DNA from: Epiperipatus broadwayi
Taxonomy: Eukaryota; Animalia; Onychophora
Reading direction: 5' to 3'
DNA length: 64,000 nt
Assembly (NCBI GenBank): GCA_028023455.1
Contig: JAQFVV010000006.1
Coordinates: 10,478,001-10,542,000 of the forward strand
A program made the translations under genes and the position numbers. Of this stretch, positions 36,968 through 49,507 are shown piece by piece. Positions within the stretch are counted from its first letter, which is position 1, and each line of letters begins with the position of its first letter. The notes under the pieces were generated by a model. The model ran no database searches. It saw only the letters and a list, made by a program, of their open reading frames with translations, and had not been told where the DNA came from.

Positions 36968-37399
36968 GTAATACATATTTTAATTTTTATGATGGTTGAT
37001 TATACATATGGTATGCATCAGGATCAATATGATTACAGTTACTCTAATTATCCAAGTAGTCCTCCTGTAGTATATGTCCCGATACCATCACCCTCTCCAG
37101 GACCTACCATAATGTTGGTGCAGCCTTCTTATCAGAATAGTAAGTCATCAAGCAATTTTAACATACTGCCTTTCCTGTTTATGTCAAGGCTGAATCAAGT
37201 TTCACAGAGAAATGCAATGTTTTCAATGCCAATGATGGGTCAACCTACAAGTCTGTTTTTACCATCAGGAGCAGCTGTGCCTATACTAGGAAGTTCACCT
37301 CCATCAATCACCCAAACGATGACATTTCCTATTTCCTCGAGTACAAGCAGTCTTACCAATCAGAACACTAATGTACAAGTGAATCGTACAAATAAATAA
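36968..37399 (+). CDS. Ser/Pro/Gln-rich protein exon, copy 2
   Basis: tttttag|GTAATA; VIHILIFMMVDYTYG-MHQDQ...RTNK*; 12-nt in-frame deletion (IQSF) relative to copy 1. Confidence 0.7.
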   Translation, partial: VIHILIFMMVDYTYGMHQDQYDYSYSNYPSSPPVVYVPIPSPSPGPTIMLVQPSYQNSKSSSNFNILPFLFMSRLNQVSQRNAMFSMPMMGQPTSLFLPSGAAVPILGSSPPSITQTMTFPISSSTSSLTNQNTNVQVNRTNK

Positions 37400-38060
37400 A
37401 TAAACATTATGTTATTAATTGTTATTTATAAAAGTATCAGTTTATTTTTATTTGTAATTTATTTGTTTGCTCTTTATTATTAATAAATCTTTTTCTTTAC
37501 TAAAAATAATGTAAAATTAATGTATAACATTTTTCTCTGCCTGGAAGCATAACTAAATGCTTAATAGAGATACAATTATAAAGCAGTATTTGACCATCGT
37601 ACTATAATTTGAATTACAGGTGTCAAATTTCTTACACTTACATCTTTAATGTTATTCACTTTAGATAAATATACTAATGATTATTACTAAGGATTTATTA
37701 AACTAAAGATTATCCCTAGTCCGGATATAAACTGTCTCTCTTTAAAGATTAATATACCTGTTTTTAAATCAAATATAAATATATGGAATAACTCAAGTAC
37801 CCCCCCTCCAATACCACACACACACACACATTTAATATTTTTTAAAATGTACTTAAAATATCCACTCCACCAGTCATTCATGAAACATATAAATAAAGGC
37901 ATATGAAACAAACAAATGATCTTATAATAATTATAAAAAAGGCACTCTTTAAATATACTTGTAGCTCATAAATGTTTATAAATACATTAAATAATCTTAA
38001 TACTATCACATATATTTTTAAATTCATATAAATAAAAATACGATAAAAGACAAATGAGCC

Positions 38061-38100
38061 CCAAGATACATTTCATTCTGAACCAGCACTCATCAGTTGG
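38061..38100 (-). ncRNA. Hammerhead ribozyme, family C (one stem II mismatch)
   Basis: CCAA-CTGATGA-GTGCTG GTT CAGAAT-GAAA-TGTAT-C|TTGG. Confidence 0.7.
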
Positions 38101-40294
38101 TCCAGGTCACCATCTCTCACATATATCTTTATTACATGAAAAATATTTATCTTTAATAAATATTTACATTTTGAATTACAAGTATCAAACTAACTCAACC
38201 CACATCTTTGATACCATCCACTTTATATTAATACAGTAATCATTATTACTAGTCATTTATTAAACTAAAGATTGTCTCTAGCACAGATATAAACTTTAAA
38301 ACTCAATTAAAGATGAATATATCTGGGGTTTTTTTTTAATTAAGTTCACATAAAGTGCATCTTGGGAGTCATTTGTCTTTTATTGCATCTTTATTTATAT
38401 GAATTTAAAAGAATATGTGATAGTATTGAGGCTATTTAATATATTTATAAAGATATTACACATGAGAAAAAGAAATGTGAATAACTCCATGTGTGTGTGC
38501 ACTTAATTATTTTAAAAAAACAAATATATTATTCTTTAATTGAGTATTAAAGTATATATCTGTGCTAAAGATAATCTCTAGTTTAGTAAATGATTAGTAA
38601 TAATCATTACTATATTTATCTAAAATGGATGGTGTCATAGTTGTGGGTTGAGTTAGTTTGATGCTTGTAATTCAAAATGCACTTCATAATTATTATTAAA
38701 TCAGTATAATTTGATTTACAACTTCCAAACGCGCCAGCATTTCTTATTTCTAACAGCATTGCTGCAGATAAATACTTAAAAGATTATTTTCAATATATAG
38801 TAAAAGTTCATTATGCTGGAAAGATTATAAACTTATGACTTCTTTAAAGATTTACAGCTTAACACTACTTTCAACTGGGCTAATCATATTTATAGGACTA
38901 GTATAGGTTTATAGAAAAGAGAACATAAATTAATTAGTATGCAAATTTATAAATTTAAATATATCACCTGCATGAAAATGCAGTACATGAGTCTTTTTTG
39001 TTTATTGTGTGGATGTTATTTACGATAAACTACACCTCTTTATATATTCTCTTTCAATCATTGTACTCATTGCAAACAACTTTGACATTAATTGAATTTA
39101 AATTGTCATTTAAGTTGCTCTCATGCCCTAAAAACACTAACTTTATGCTGGAGTCTGTTTTGGTAGGTTTGTATATGTATTTGTTTTGCACTAATCTAAT
39201 AGTGCTGTGGACGTGAGATACACAACCGTAAACTGGTTTGCAAGTTGGTTCATTGCAGCTAATTTCATAGATTATTTAGAGAGCCTGGTCAGGAGGTAAC
39301 TTGTCTTTGTTGTTAGTCAACATTCTGCTGAGATTAGGTGGAGAGGGTTTCTAAAACTAATGTTGAATTTATTCGAGCAGATTTTCTTCAGCTTTTTAGA
39401 TGTGTACAGTATGGAAGTAAGTCTGATCCATGTGTTAGTGTTGTTCTTATTCATATGCTTGGTGTTTAAAGTGGAGTATAATTTTTAAGTCTTAATTAAT
39501 GTATTGTAATCATACTCTGAGTTGACTAGGTTTTTTATATAGTCTTTGAAGTTGTCTTTTATCTACTTCAAATTTGCCTACCTATATTATCCCAACCAAA
39601 CATAGAACAACAACAAATGCACCTTATCTTTGGACCAGGATGTCCAAATAGTTTATAAAATTAACTACAATTAACCACCTTGCAAAGCAATTTACTATGA
39701 TGAGTGGCATATCAACAGAGCTATTAGATTAGCACCACACAAATACATATACAAATGCACCAAAACAGATACCAACATAAAGTCGATAATTTTAGAACAT
39801 GAGAGTGACTTGGGCCACAATTTCAATCTATGCAATGTCAAAGTTGTTTGCACTGAGTGCAAACATTGAAAGAAAAAATATAAAGAGGCGTGATTTATCG
39901 CAAAATAACACCCACACAATAAATAAAAATAACCAATGTATTGCATTATCTCATAGGCAGTATATTTAAATTTATAAATTTGCATATTAATTAATTTTTA
40001 GTTTTCTTTTCTATACATCCATATTAGTGCTATTAATATGACCAGTCTGATCAAAAGCAGTAATAACCTGTAAATCTTTTAAAAAAATCATAAGTTTAGA
40101 ATCTTTCTGGCATAATGGACCTTCTTATATATTGAATTATGAACTAATAAGGAACAAGAAAAGACAGCTTGAGATAAAGAATTATTAATCATATATTAGG
40201 CTAGAGATTATTATATCATTCCTAATCCAGATATAAACTTTAAACTCAATTAAAGATTAATATATCTATATTTTTATTATTTTTATTATTTTAC

Positions 40295-40660
40295 ATCGGT
40301 GAATTGAGATGTTCTGTGGTAAAAAGATTGAAGGAGCATCAATTATTATATAACTGAATTAAAAATAATCGTAAATAGTCAATTTAATACAGCTTCAGTA
40401 TTCTTTGACCATGAAAAAACTTGTAATTATAAGTTTACATTTAATAGTAATGAAATAAAAATATTAATGGAAGAAAGAAATCATAAAAAGAGGAAAATTA
40501 AAGAGGCAATATTAATTGATAAATATAAGAATGATGGTATTAATAGGCAAGTTGCGAATACGGCCATACACAGCTTATGGAAATATACGTAACATTAAGT
40601 TTGAAAATTTTAAATTCATTTAAAGCTGATGAGGATTACCATGTAATCGAAAGAGCTACA
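40295..40660 (+). mobile_element. PLE family P2 3' fragment ending in a hammerhead core
   Basis: YIGELRCSVVKRLKEH and KILMEERNHKKRKIKEAILI in broken frames; CTGATGA(40626)-G-GATTAC CAT GTAATC-GAAA-GAGCTA. Confidence 0.8.
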
Positions 40661-41940
40661 CAAGAATTAAACTATAATATTGTATTTAACGTTAAAATTT
40701 ATATATATACTGAATCTAGGTGTAATTATAGATGATTTGAAACTAGACCCTAAGCTCCATTCAATCAGAATCATTGGGCAACTGCTCCAGTCTTTTCCTA
40801 TCATTTAATCATCCATGGGTATGATTCAGTGATCATTTTAAAAAAATAAAAAAGGGTGACTTAGCTGTCCTCTAGTAGTAAGCAGTAAAGATGCTACTAA
40901 TTCATTCAATCTGAAATTTTCTATACTCAAAATCAAATTTAAATCTTCATTGGATTAGATTTGTTTTCTCAACCTTTTACAAATAATTTTGTCTCTCAAA
41001 AAGTAATTTCTTTATAATTGATTTTCTGTTCCAAATTCCTTAATTAGTATCCATTATCTGCCACATTTTAATCTTGATTTAAAGCTGTTTATCTATTATT
41101 TCCTTTTAACTAATTAATATAAGAGTTTATATAAGAAGTTCATTTTTAAAAAAAACAAACAATTTGTTTCACATCCTTTTAAATTACAAATTTTTAAGCA
41201 TATTATTTAAATATAAATCTATAAGTTTAATATTATGCCTCAAATTTTGTCTTTAAGAATTAATTTACTACTATTTTTTAAGTATATACACAGACACACA
41301 TGATGGATTATCAAAATGTATATATAAACTTTTCAGCAGTTAATATTATATAATATATCGAGATTAATAATCCATCACTAGTCTATTATGTAAACGAAAT
41401 ACTCTCAATTCTAAGCACAATATAATACTTTTTTAAAAAAAGATTGGCTAATCCAAAGTGCTTAAGATTAGCCTTTATATATAAATTGACATAAAAAAGA
41501 TGGATTAATCTTTTCTTTAAAATATTTTATCTTGTGCTTTGTATTAAGAGATTTCATTTATTTAATAGACCAGTGTTACAGTAATAATATCGATGTATTA
41601 TATATATATATAATTAAAATCAGTCAACATTTAGATAGTCACAATATCAATAACAATCAACAATCTAAAGCGGTTACCAAGACAACCTTCTTTTGACAAT
41701 AAATATGTATTTATGTGTGAAAATATCATAATGCATATCACTAGCTGAAAAATATTTAGAAAACACTCAAATCACCCATCCCGATGTTAAGATATTTCAA
41801 TTTATCTGTTAGAAGTTCAGACTTTATATTTATTCACAGAGGGCGTTGCTGAAATATCTTAACATTGTGATGGGTGATTTGAGAGTTTCATATATATATA
41901 TAATTATCTATATTCAATTTTTCAATCTCTTTTTTTTTAG

Positions 41941-42371
41941 GTAATACATATTTTTAAGATTGTTGATTATACATATGGTATGCATCAGGATCAATATGAT
42001 TACAGTTACTCTAATTATCCAAGTAGTCCTCCTATAGTATATGTCCCGATACCATCACCCTCTCCAGGACCTACCATAATGTTGGTGCAGCCTTTTTATC
42101 AGAGTAGTAAGTCATCAAGCAATTTTAACTTACTGCCTTTTCTGTTTATGTCAAGGCTAAATCAAGTTTCACAGAGAAATGCAAATGTTTTCAATGCCAA
42201 TGTTTCAATTGTTTATGGGCCAACCTACAAGTGTCATCAGGAGCAACTGTGCCTATACTAGGAAGTTCACCTCCATCAATCACCCAAACGATGACATTTC
42301 CTATTTCCTCGAGTACAAGCAGTCTTACCAATCAGAACACTAATGTACAAGTGAATCGTACAAATAAATAA
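41941..42371 (+). pseudogene. Ser/Pro/Gln-rich protein exon, copy 3, frameshifted
   Basis: VIHIFKIVDYTYG-MHQDQ (6-nt in-frame deletion); +1 nt at ~42184 and an 8-nt deletion at ~42235 give an early stop at 42261; the ancestral C-terminus remains out of frame to 42371. Confidence 0.75.
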
Positions 42372-43034
42372 ATAAGCATTATGTTATTAATTGTTATTTA
42401 TAAAAGTATCAGTTTATTTTTATTTGTAATTTATTTGTTTGCTCTTTATTATTAATAAATCTTTTTCTTTACTAAAAATAATGTAAAATTAATGTATAAC
42501 ATTTTTCTCTGCCTGGAAGCATAACTAAATTTTTAATAGAGATACAATTATAAAGCAGTATTTGACCATCGTACTATAATTTGAATTACAGGTGTCAAAT
42601 TTCTTACACTTACATCTTTAATGTTATTCACTTTAGATAAATATATTAATGATTATTACTAAGGATTTATTAAACTAAAGATTATCCCTAGCCCAGGTAT
42701 AAACTGTCCTTCTTTAAAGATTAATATACCTGTTTGTAATCAAATATAAATATATGGAATAACTCTATTATTTCCCTCCCTATCCACTGCTTCATACACA
42801 CCAATTTAATACTTTTGTAAATATACTTAAAATATCCACTCCACCATTCATTCATGAAACATATGAATAAAGGCATATGAAACAATCAAACGATCTTATA
42901 ATAATTATAAAAAAGGCACTCTTTAAATATACTTGTAGCTCATAAATGTTTATAAATACATTAAATAATCTTAATACTATCACATATATTTTTAAATTCA
43001 TATAAATAAAAATACGATAAAAGACAAATGAGCC

Positions 43035-43074
43035 CCAAGATGCATTTCATGCTGAAGCAGCACTCATCAGTTGG
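43035..43074 (-). ncRNA. Intact hammerhead ribozyme, family C
   Basis: CCAA-CTGATGA-GTGCTG CTT CAGCAT-GAAA-TGCAT-C|TTGG. Confidence 0.8.
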
Positions 43075-45199
43075 CCCAGATCACCATCTTTCATATATAT
43101 CATTATAATATGAAAAATATTTACATTTTAGAAGTGTCAAACTAACTCAACCCACATCTTTGATACCATCCACTTCAGATTAATACAATAATCATTATTC
43201 ATAATCATTTACTAAACTAAAGATTGTCTCTAGCATAGATGTAAACTTTAAAACTCAATTAAAGATTAATATATCTGATGTTTTAAAAATTAAGCACACA
43301 TGAAAAGCATCTTGGGGGTCATTTGTCTTTTATTGTATCTTTATTTATATGAATTTAAAAAAATATGTGATAGTATTGAGGCTATTTAATATATTTATAA
43401 AAATATTACACATGAGAAAAAGAAATGTGAATAATTCCATGTGCATGTTCACACTCAATTTTTCTTAAAAAATCAGATATATTATTCTTTAATTGAGTTT
43501 TAAAGTTTATATCTGTTCTAGAGACAATCTCTAGTTTAGTAAATGTTTAGTAATAATCACTACTGTATTTATCTAAAGTGGATGGTGTCATAGTTGTGGG
43601 TTGAGTTAGTTTGACACTTGTAATTCAAAATGTAATTTATAAATATTATTAAATCACTAATTTGATTTACAATTTTCCTGAATTCCTTATCTCGAACAGC
43701 GTCACTGCAGATAAATACTTAAATGATTATTCTCAATATATATTACAGATTCATTATGCGGCTTTTGACTGAGCTAGTCATATTCATAATATTAGTATGG
43801 GTTTATAGAAGAGAGAACATAAATTAATTAGTATGCAAATTTATAATTTAAATGTATCACCTGCATGTAAATGCAATACATGAGTCTTTTTTGTTTATCA
43901 TGTGAATGTTATTTGCAATAAACCACACTTCTTTATATATTCTCTTTCAATCATTGTGCTCATTGCAAACAATTTTGATATTGAGTGAATTTAAATTGTC
44001 ACTCAAGTTGCTCTCATGCCCTAAAAATACCAATTTTGTGCTGAAGTCTGTTTTAGTATGTTTGCATATGTATTTATTTTGTAGTAATCTAGTAGCACTG
44101 TTGATATGAGATTCACAACAGTAAATTGCTTTGCACGTTGATTCATTGCAGCTAATTTTATAAATTATTTAGAAAACCTGGTCTGGAAGTAACTTGTCTT
44201 TGGTGTTTGCCAGCATTTGATTGAGATTAGTGGGAGGGGGGGTTCTAAAACTATGTTGAATTTATTTGAGAAGATTTTCTTCAGCTTTTTAGATGTGTAC
44301 AGTATGAAAGTACGTCTGATCCATGTCTTATTCATATGCTTGGTGTTTAAAGTGGAGTATAATTTTTTTAAGTCTTAATTAATGTATTATAATCATACTC
44401 GGAATTGACTAGATCTTTTAAATAGTCTTTATGGTTGTCTCTTTTAGCTACCTCAAACTTGCCTAACTATATAATCTAAATCAAATGGAGAACAGCAACA
44501 AACTCAAGTAATTTCTGGACCAGGCTCTCCAAATAGTTTATAAAATTAACTGCAATTAACCAACTTGCAAAGCAATTTACTATGGTGAGTGTCAGTCATG
44601 TCAACAGTGCTACTAGATTAGCACAGCACAAATACATATATAAATGTACCAAAACACATACCAATATAAAGGCAGTATTTTTAGAACATGAGAGTGACTT
44701 GGGCCACAATTTCAATCCATGCAATGTCAAAGTTGTTTGCACTGAGTGCAATGATTGAAAGAAAAAATATAAAGAGACATGATTTATCGCAAAATAACAC
44801 CCACACAATAAATAAAAATAACCAATGTATTGCATTATCTCATAGGCAGGAGTATAAAGTTGCATATTAATTAATTTTTAGTTTTCTTTTCTATACACCC
44901 ATATTAGTGCTATTAATATGACCAGTCTGGTCAAAAGCAGTATTAACCTGTAAATCTTTTTAAAAAATCATAAGTTTAGAATCTTTCTGGCATAATAGAC
45001 CTTCTTATATACTGAATTAAGAACTAATAAGGAAAAAGAAAAGACAGCTTGAGATAATGAATTATTAATTCTATATTAGGCTAGACATTATCATATCATT
45101 CCTAATCCAGATATTAAAAAAAAAATCAAGTCAGATGTCACATGACATAATTTAATAAGCTTGTGTTTAGAAATGTTATATACATATATATAGTGCTCA

Positions 45200-45480
45200 T
45201 AAAACAAACTCTTAACAAGCATTCTAGAACACCCCTAACCTCAGACCAGTTTCTGCTACTGATATCCTTAGTGAGGTGCTAGAATATTCAATCATTAGAT
45301 TAAAAATATCAGGACAAGCCTTATCTAATGTATAACTATTAAGTAGAAAATCTGAAATTTTCAGGCATTCATATGTCTTCCAATCCAGCTATCTAACTTA
45401 AATAGCCATATGGGACTAAATTAAATTCAGATACACCATATATTAATAGTCTTAGCAATATAACATTGCCAAAGCCATCA
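45200..45480 (-). mobile_element. Family-B element with decayed HHR at 45238-45277
   Basis: ACCTCA-CTAAGGA-TATCAGTAGCA-GAAAC-TGGTC-TGAGGT: perfect 6-bp stem I, core G5 mutated. Confidence 0.7.
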
Positions 45481-45514
45481 TAGCAAAAAATAAAATTACA
45501 AAAAAAAATATGAA

Positions 45515-45960
45515 CTAATACTTGAGAAAATAAATAAACTCTTGGGTATTTAGTATTTTGCTATAGTAAACTGTCCTCATAAAACGTATAAAGAGAAAAG
45601 AGAAATACCTGAGAAGATAAACAAACATATAGTTTTTGGTATTCTTTCCACAATAAACAATGTTTGTAAAAGATACAAAGAGAGATTATAAACTAATACT
45701 TGAGAAGATAAATAAACGCTTAAATATCTGCTATTTTTTACTATAAAAAAAGTTTATTTATATAACGTATAATGAGAAAAGATAAAGAAACACTTAAATA
45801 TGTGATATTCTTTCTATAACACATCTTACTTGTACGAAGTATAAAGAGAAAAGATCAACAAATACTTGAAAAGATAAATGAAGCTTAACATTTGGTATTC
45901 TGGCTAAAATAAACTTTGTGAAAACGTAGAAGAGAGAAGATAAATATCTAAGAAGATTAA
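45515..45960. repeat. Degenerate ~75-80-bp tandem repeat
   Basis: Recurrent tacttgagaagataaa.aaac and aacgtataaagagaaaaga motifs. Confidence 0.45.
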
Positions 45961-46449
45961 TAAATAATAACGACAATGTTACATTAAATAATCTAAACAA
46001 TATAACAAATTAAAAGTAGCTAACTTTAATAAAACAAAAATTATTGACATTATATAAAAATTAATTTTAATTATTGAAATAGATAAAAATCATACAGAGA
46101 TTATATTAGACAACGCAATAATCAAATAATTTCTGCATTAAATTATAATAAAACACATTTAAAAAAACCTTATATTAACCAAATATCTTTATAAAGATAA
46201 AAAAAAATTATAAATTAATATTATTTGCAATGAAAGATTTCATAAGTAATTGAATACGGTTAGAATTCTAAATTAAATATGTCACAATTAATTGCGTAAA
46301 TAGTTTAAGAAGTTTTTAATGTATATAAATAAATAAACAAAATAACTACATTTTGCATACAAAATAATTTAAATAAATGACGAACAATGAATATTAAAAA
46401 ATATTCTTTTACTTTATTGTAATTATTATTGTGCAATAATATTTTTTAG

Positions 46450-47800
46450 AACATTTTTTTTAAAGTAAGATTTATTATACAACTGAAATAAAGATGTACA
46501 TTAAAAAGGTAGAATACAAAAAAAAAAAACAACATGAATATAATATAGGAACACACATATAATAAAATTGTAAAAAAGCGAAAATCCAAAAGACTTGAGC
46601 AGGAAATAATTTTAAAATAAATTATGAAAAAATTGAATTCACCTTGAAAAGCAAGATCAGTCAATAAACTAAAAAAAATTTGATTAAGATGACATATTTT
46701 TATATGCAGGATTTAAACAGGCAAAACTCACTATACGTATTGCCACACACAGCATGCTAGAGTAATCAATGGATGCTAGAAGGCTTGTGCATAAAATACC
46801 CATCTAGTGCCTACTCATCCAATATCCCTAGACTAGTTTCTGGCTTGTGGCCTTCATCAGTGAGGAGCCTTGGACCTGACAGCACTGCAACTAGATCTTG
46901 GGATCCAAGGCTCCTCACTGATAAAGACCACAAGCCAGAAACTAGTCTGGGGATATTGGATGAGTATGCACTAGATGGGGATTTTATGCACAAGCCTTCT
47001 GGCATCCATTGATTACTCTAGCTTGCTGCATGTGGCAATACGTATAGTGAGTTTTGCCTGTTTAAACAAGGTTATACACAAACATAAGAAGTGATGGTCA
47101 TGTGATGTTATGACGGATTTAAATAAAAGTATATTTTATTCAGACAGAATATGAATTTTAGACCAAGTATCATTATGAAGAGATGCAGGTGACAGAGCAA
47201 AATCTTTAAGCTTGGCTTGCCGAAGAAGCTGTAGGAATATCTGTAGAGTAGAAGATTTTGAGTGACCAAAAATAAGCTTACATCTAGTCGACCATAAAGA
47301 AAATGTAAGGAAAATAAACACTCTTATAGAAGCAAAATCTCCAGTTTAATAGTGTTATGTATTGAAAAGGCATCTCTAATGTCAAGTGCAACATTGTAAA
47401 TAAAATCTCTAATCGATTTAAGAGCAGGGCAGATATAAAGTAAATGAGCGGTCGTTTCTTCAGCAGAAGAACAAAGTTGACAACACGAAGAGATTGAAGT
47501 ATATCCCCTATGAATCACCAAGAACAGCCTTGTAGGAAAAGAATCATGGTTAAGCTTAATGAGAAAATCCACATGTTTAGATTCAATAAACCAAAGGAGT
47601 GATTTACGAAGTGAGACTTTGTTATTTAGACCAAGAGTGCTAAATAGAGGAACTTGATTTTGATGTTTTAACTTATGTTTACCAAAAATATTTTTTAGTA
47701 TCAAGAGTTAATTAGATTTGAGAAAGATCTCTGATAACTTGCTTCAGAATGTTGCTTAACCATTTGTTTTTAACAATAAGATAGTTTGTTTTCAGCTTTG
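46450..47800 (-). mobile_element. 3' fragment of an L1/Tx1-like LINE, split by a family-A insertion
   Basis: ORF 47324-47704: LIKLNHDSFPTRLFL..CCQLCSSAEETTAHLLYICPAL (C-terminal CCHC zinc finger); AATAAA plus A-run at ~46452-46480 on the minus strand. Confidence 0.7.
46718..47114. mobile_element. Family-A near-perfect palindrome with an HHR motif on each strand
   Basis: 9-bp TSD GGATTTAAA (46709, 47115); ~160-bp arms; minus HHR 46825-46866 has an intact core (TCCTCA-CTGATGA-AGGC CACAA GCCA-GAAAC-TAGTC-TAGGGA); plus HHR 46912-46953 has CTGATAA. Confidence 0.9.
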
Positions 47801-47867
47801 TTTATTAATATTCATGTAATATTTAAATATAAGTATAGTGTATATACTTAATTTAAATGTAATTAAA

Positions 47868-48165
47868 GGGGATTTGAACACAGACTTTCAAGCTCTCTCC
47901 ATTCATGTGCTCTATCTTATATAACCAATACACATGACCACACATAAGTGAAAAAGATAAATGATCTTCAATATTTCATGCTGAACCAGCACTCTTCAGT
48001 TGGTCAAGATAATCTCCCAAACATATATACAATCAGTGCTCAGTTTATATTAAGATAGCAAATCTACAAACTTTAATTGATGGCTGAAAAGTTAGAGAAT
48101 GAGAAAGATTAAAGTCTGACTATTACAGTTTGTAGATTTGCTATATATGTGTGGGAGATGATCAG
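47868..48165. mobile_element. Family-C element with partial fold-back; HHR stem III deleted
   Basis: Minus strand CCAA-CTGAAGA-GTGCTG GTT CAGCAT-GAAATAT at ~47965-48004. Confidence 0.75.
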
Positions 48166-49507
48166 GTTTTAGCAAGAGCACATAAGGATGGACACCTACA
48201 TCATATTACTATTGCCTACTAGTATTTACTATTGGTCTACTTTTCATCATGTACAGATGTTTACAAATACATATGTTAAGCAGAGAGTACCTGTATATGT
48301 ACATCGGATTTTGCTATATCTTATAATTAACAAATACATCTAAAAACCTTGATATAAATTATTTGCAGTGATGAGTTTAAGTGAATGTTAGATAATAAAC
48401 CAACATTTTGACTAACAACTTCCTTCTGATTGGGATATTGTATAATATTCACTTAAAAATTGTTTTTGTTTTTAGAAGATTGCAAATATGTTTCATTCAA
48501 TATTTATTTGCACAGTTGTTTGTGCCCGCATTTTTCATCACCATCAGACTAGTACATAAGTAACGAAAACAGTATCCATTATCTATACTGGAATCTTACA
48601 TTATAGCCACTACTAAATTAAAATACCTAATTGACAAATGTACATCAGAAATGTATTTTCAAACTTCATTTTAACACTTTATTTGCATAGAAAATTGTCA
48701 AAATTATGCTGGCTCAAAGAGAGTAGATATACCCATGCACTTTATTCTGCCTTTATTATTATCTCTGAATTTTATGTGTTGTATTTTACATAAGATATTT
48801 TTTGAAATTAATGCTAAATGTTTTACAAATTTTTACATCATACTAAAAGGTGAATTTGTTTTAAAAACATCAAAATATTTAGATAATTTTTTAATAACAA
48901 GATCACTATTCTATTTTCATAAGAAAAAAAATTATTGAAAAAAAAAAGAATATTGCCTATAGAATATTTAATAAATATGAAAATCAGATATTTTGCTATT
49001 TACTTTATTTTAAAAATAAAAATACAACAGTTAATTTGTTTTATTTTTATAACCTTAGTAAATGCAGGAGTAAATACACACTCAGTAAAATATTTGTATG
49101 TGTGTCTATTCTATTTATTATTAATAACTCTATTGTTATAAATTTTAAAATTTTGTTTATATATTAATCTTGATTTATATTACTACTTTGCATATATAAA
49201 AGTGTCTGTGATGTTTATATGTGAATTTCAAAAAAGTATTGTACACTTGTAGTTCAATAAACAATATGTGTTCTATTCTAATAACTGTTTATCAACAAAA
49301 CATATATCTTATACACATTGAATGTAAAGAAGACTCAGAAGAACATATGGCATCATTTGTGGCTCCACTATATATATAAAGTAAATACCAAGAGAAAAAA
49401 GATCTATAGTACCTTTGTTAATAAACAATTGAAATTATAATGATAAATTTATTTAAGTAATAATAAGTTAATAGAACTGTTGAAAGTATAACGGTAAAGT
49501 TATTCAA

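Noticed and set aside
35522-44865. Repeated hydrophobic minus-strand ORFs (35522, 39695, 44596) and plus-strand 38998 and 43906
   Set aside because: Antisense shadows of the P1 GIY-YIG remnants
46773-47012. Matching ORFs on both strands (MLEGLCIK/MPEGLCIK)
   Set aside because: Artefact of the family-A palindrome
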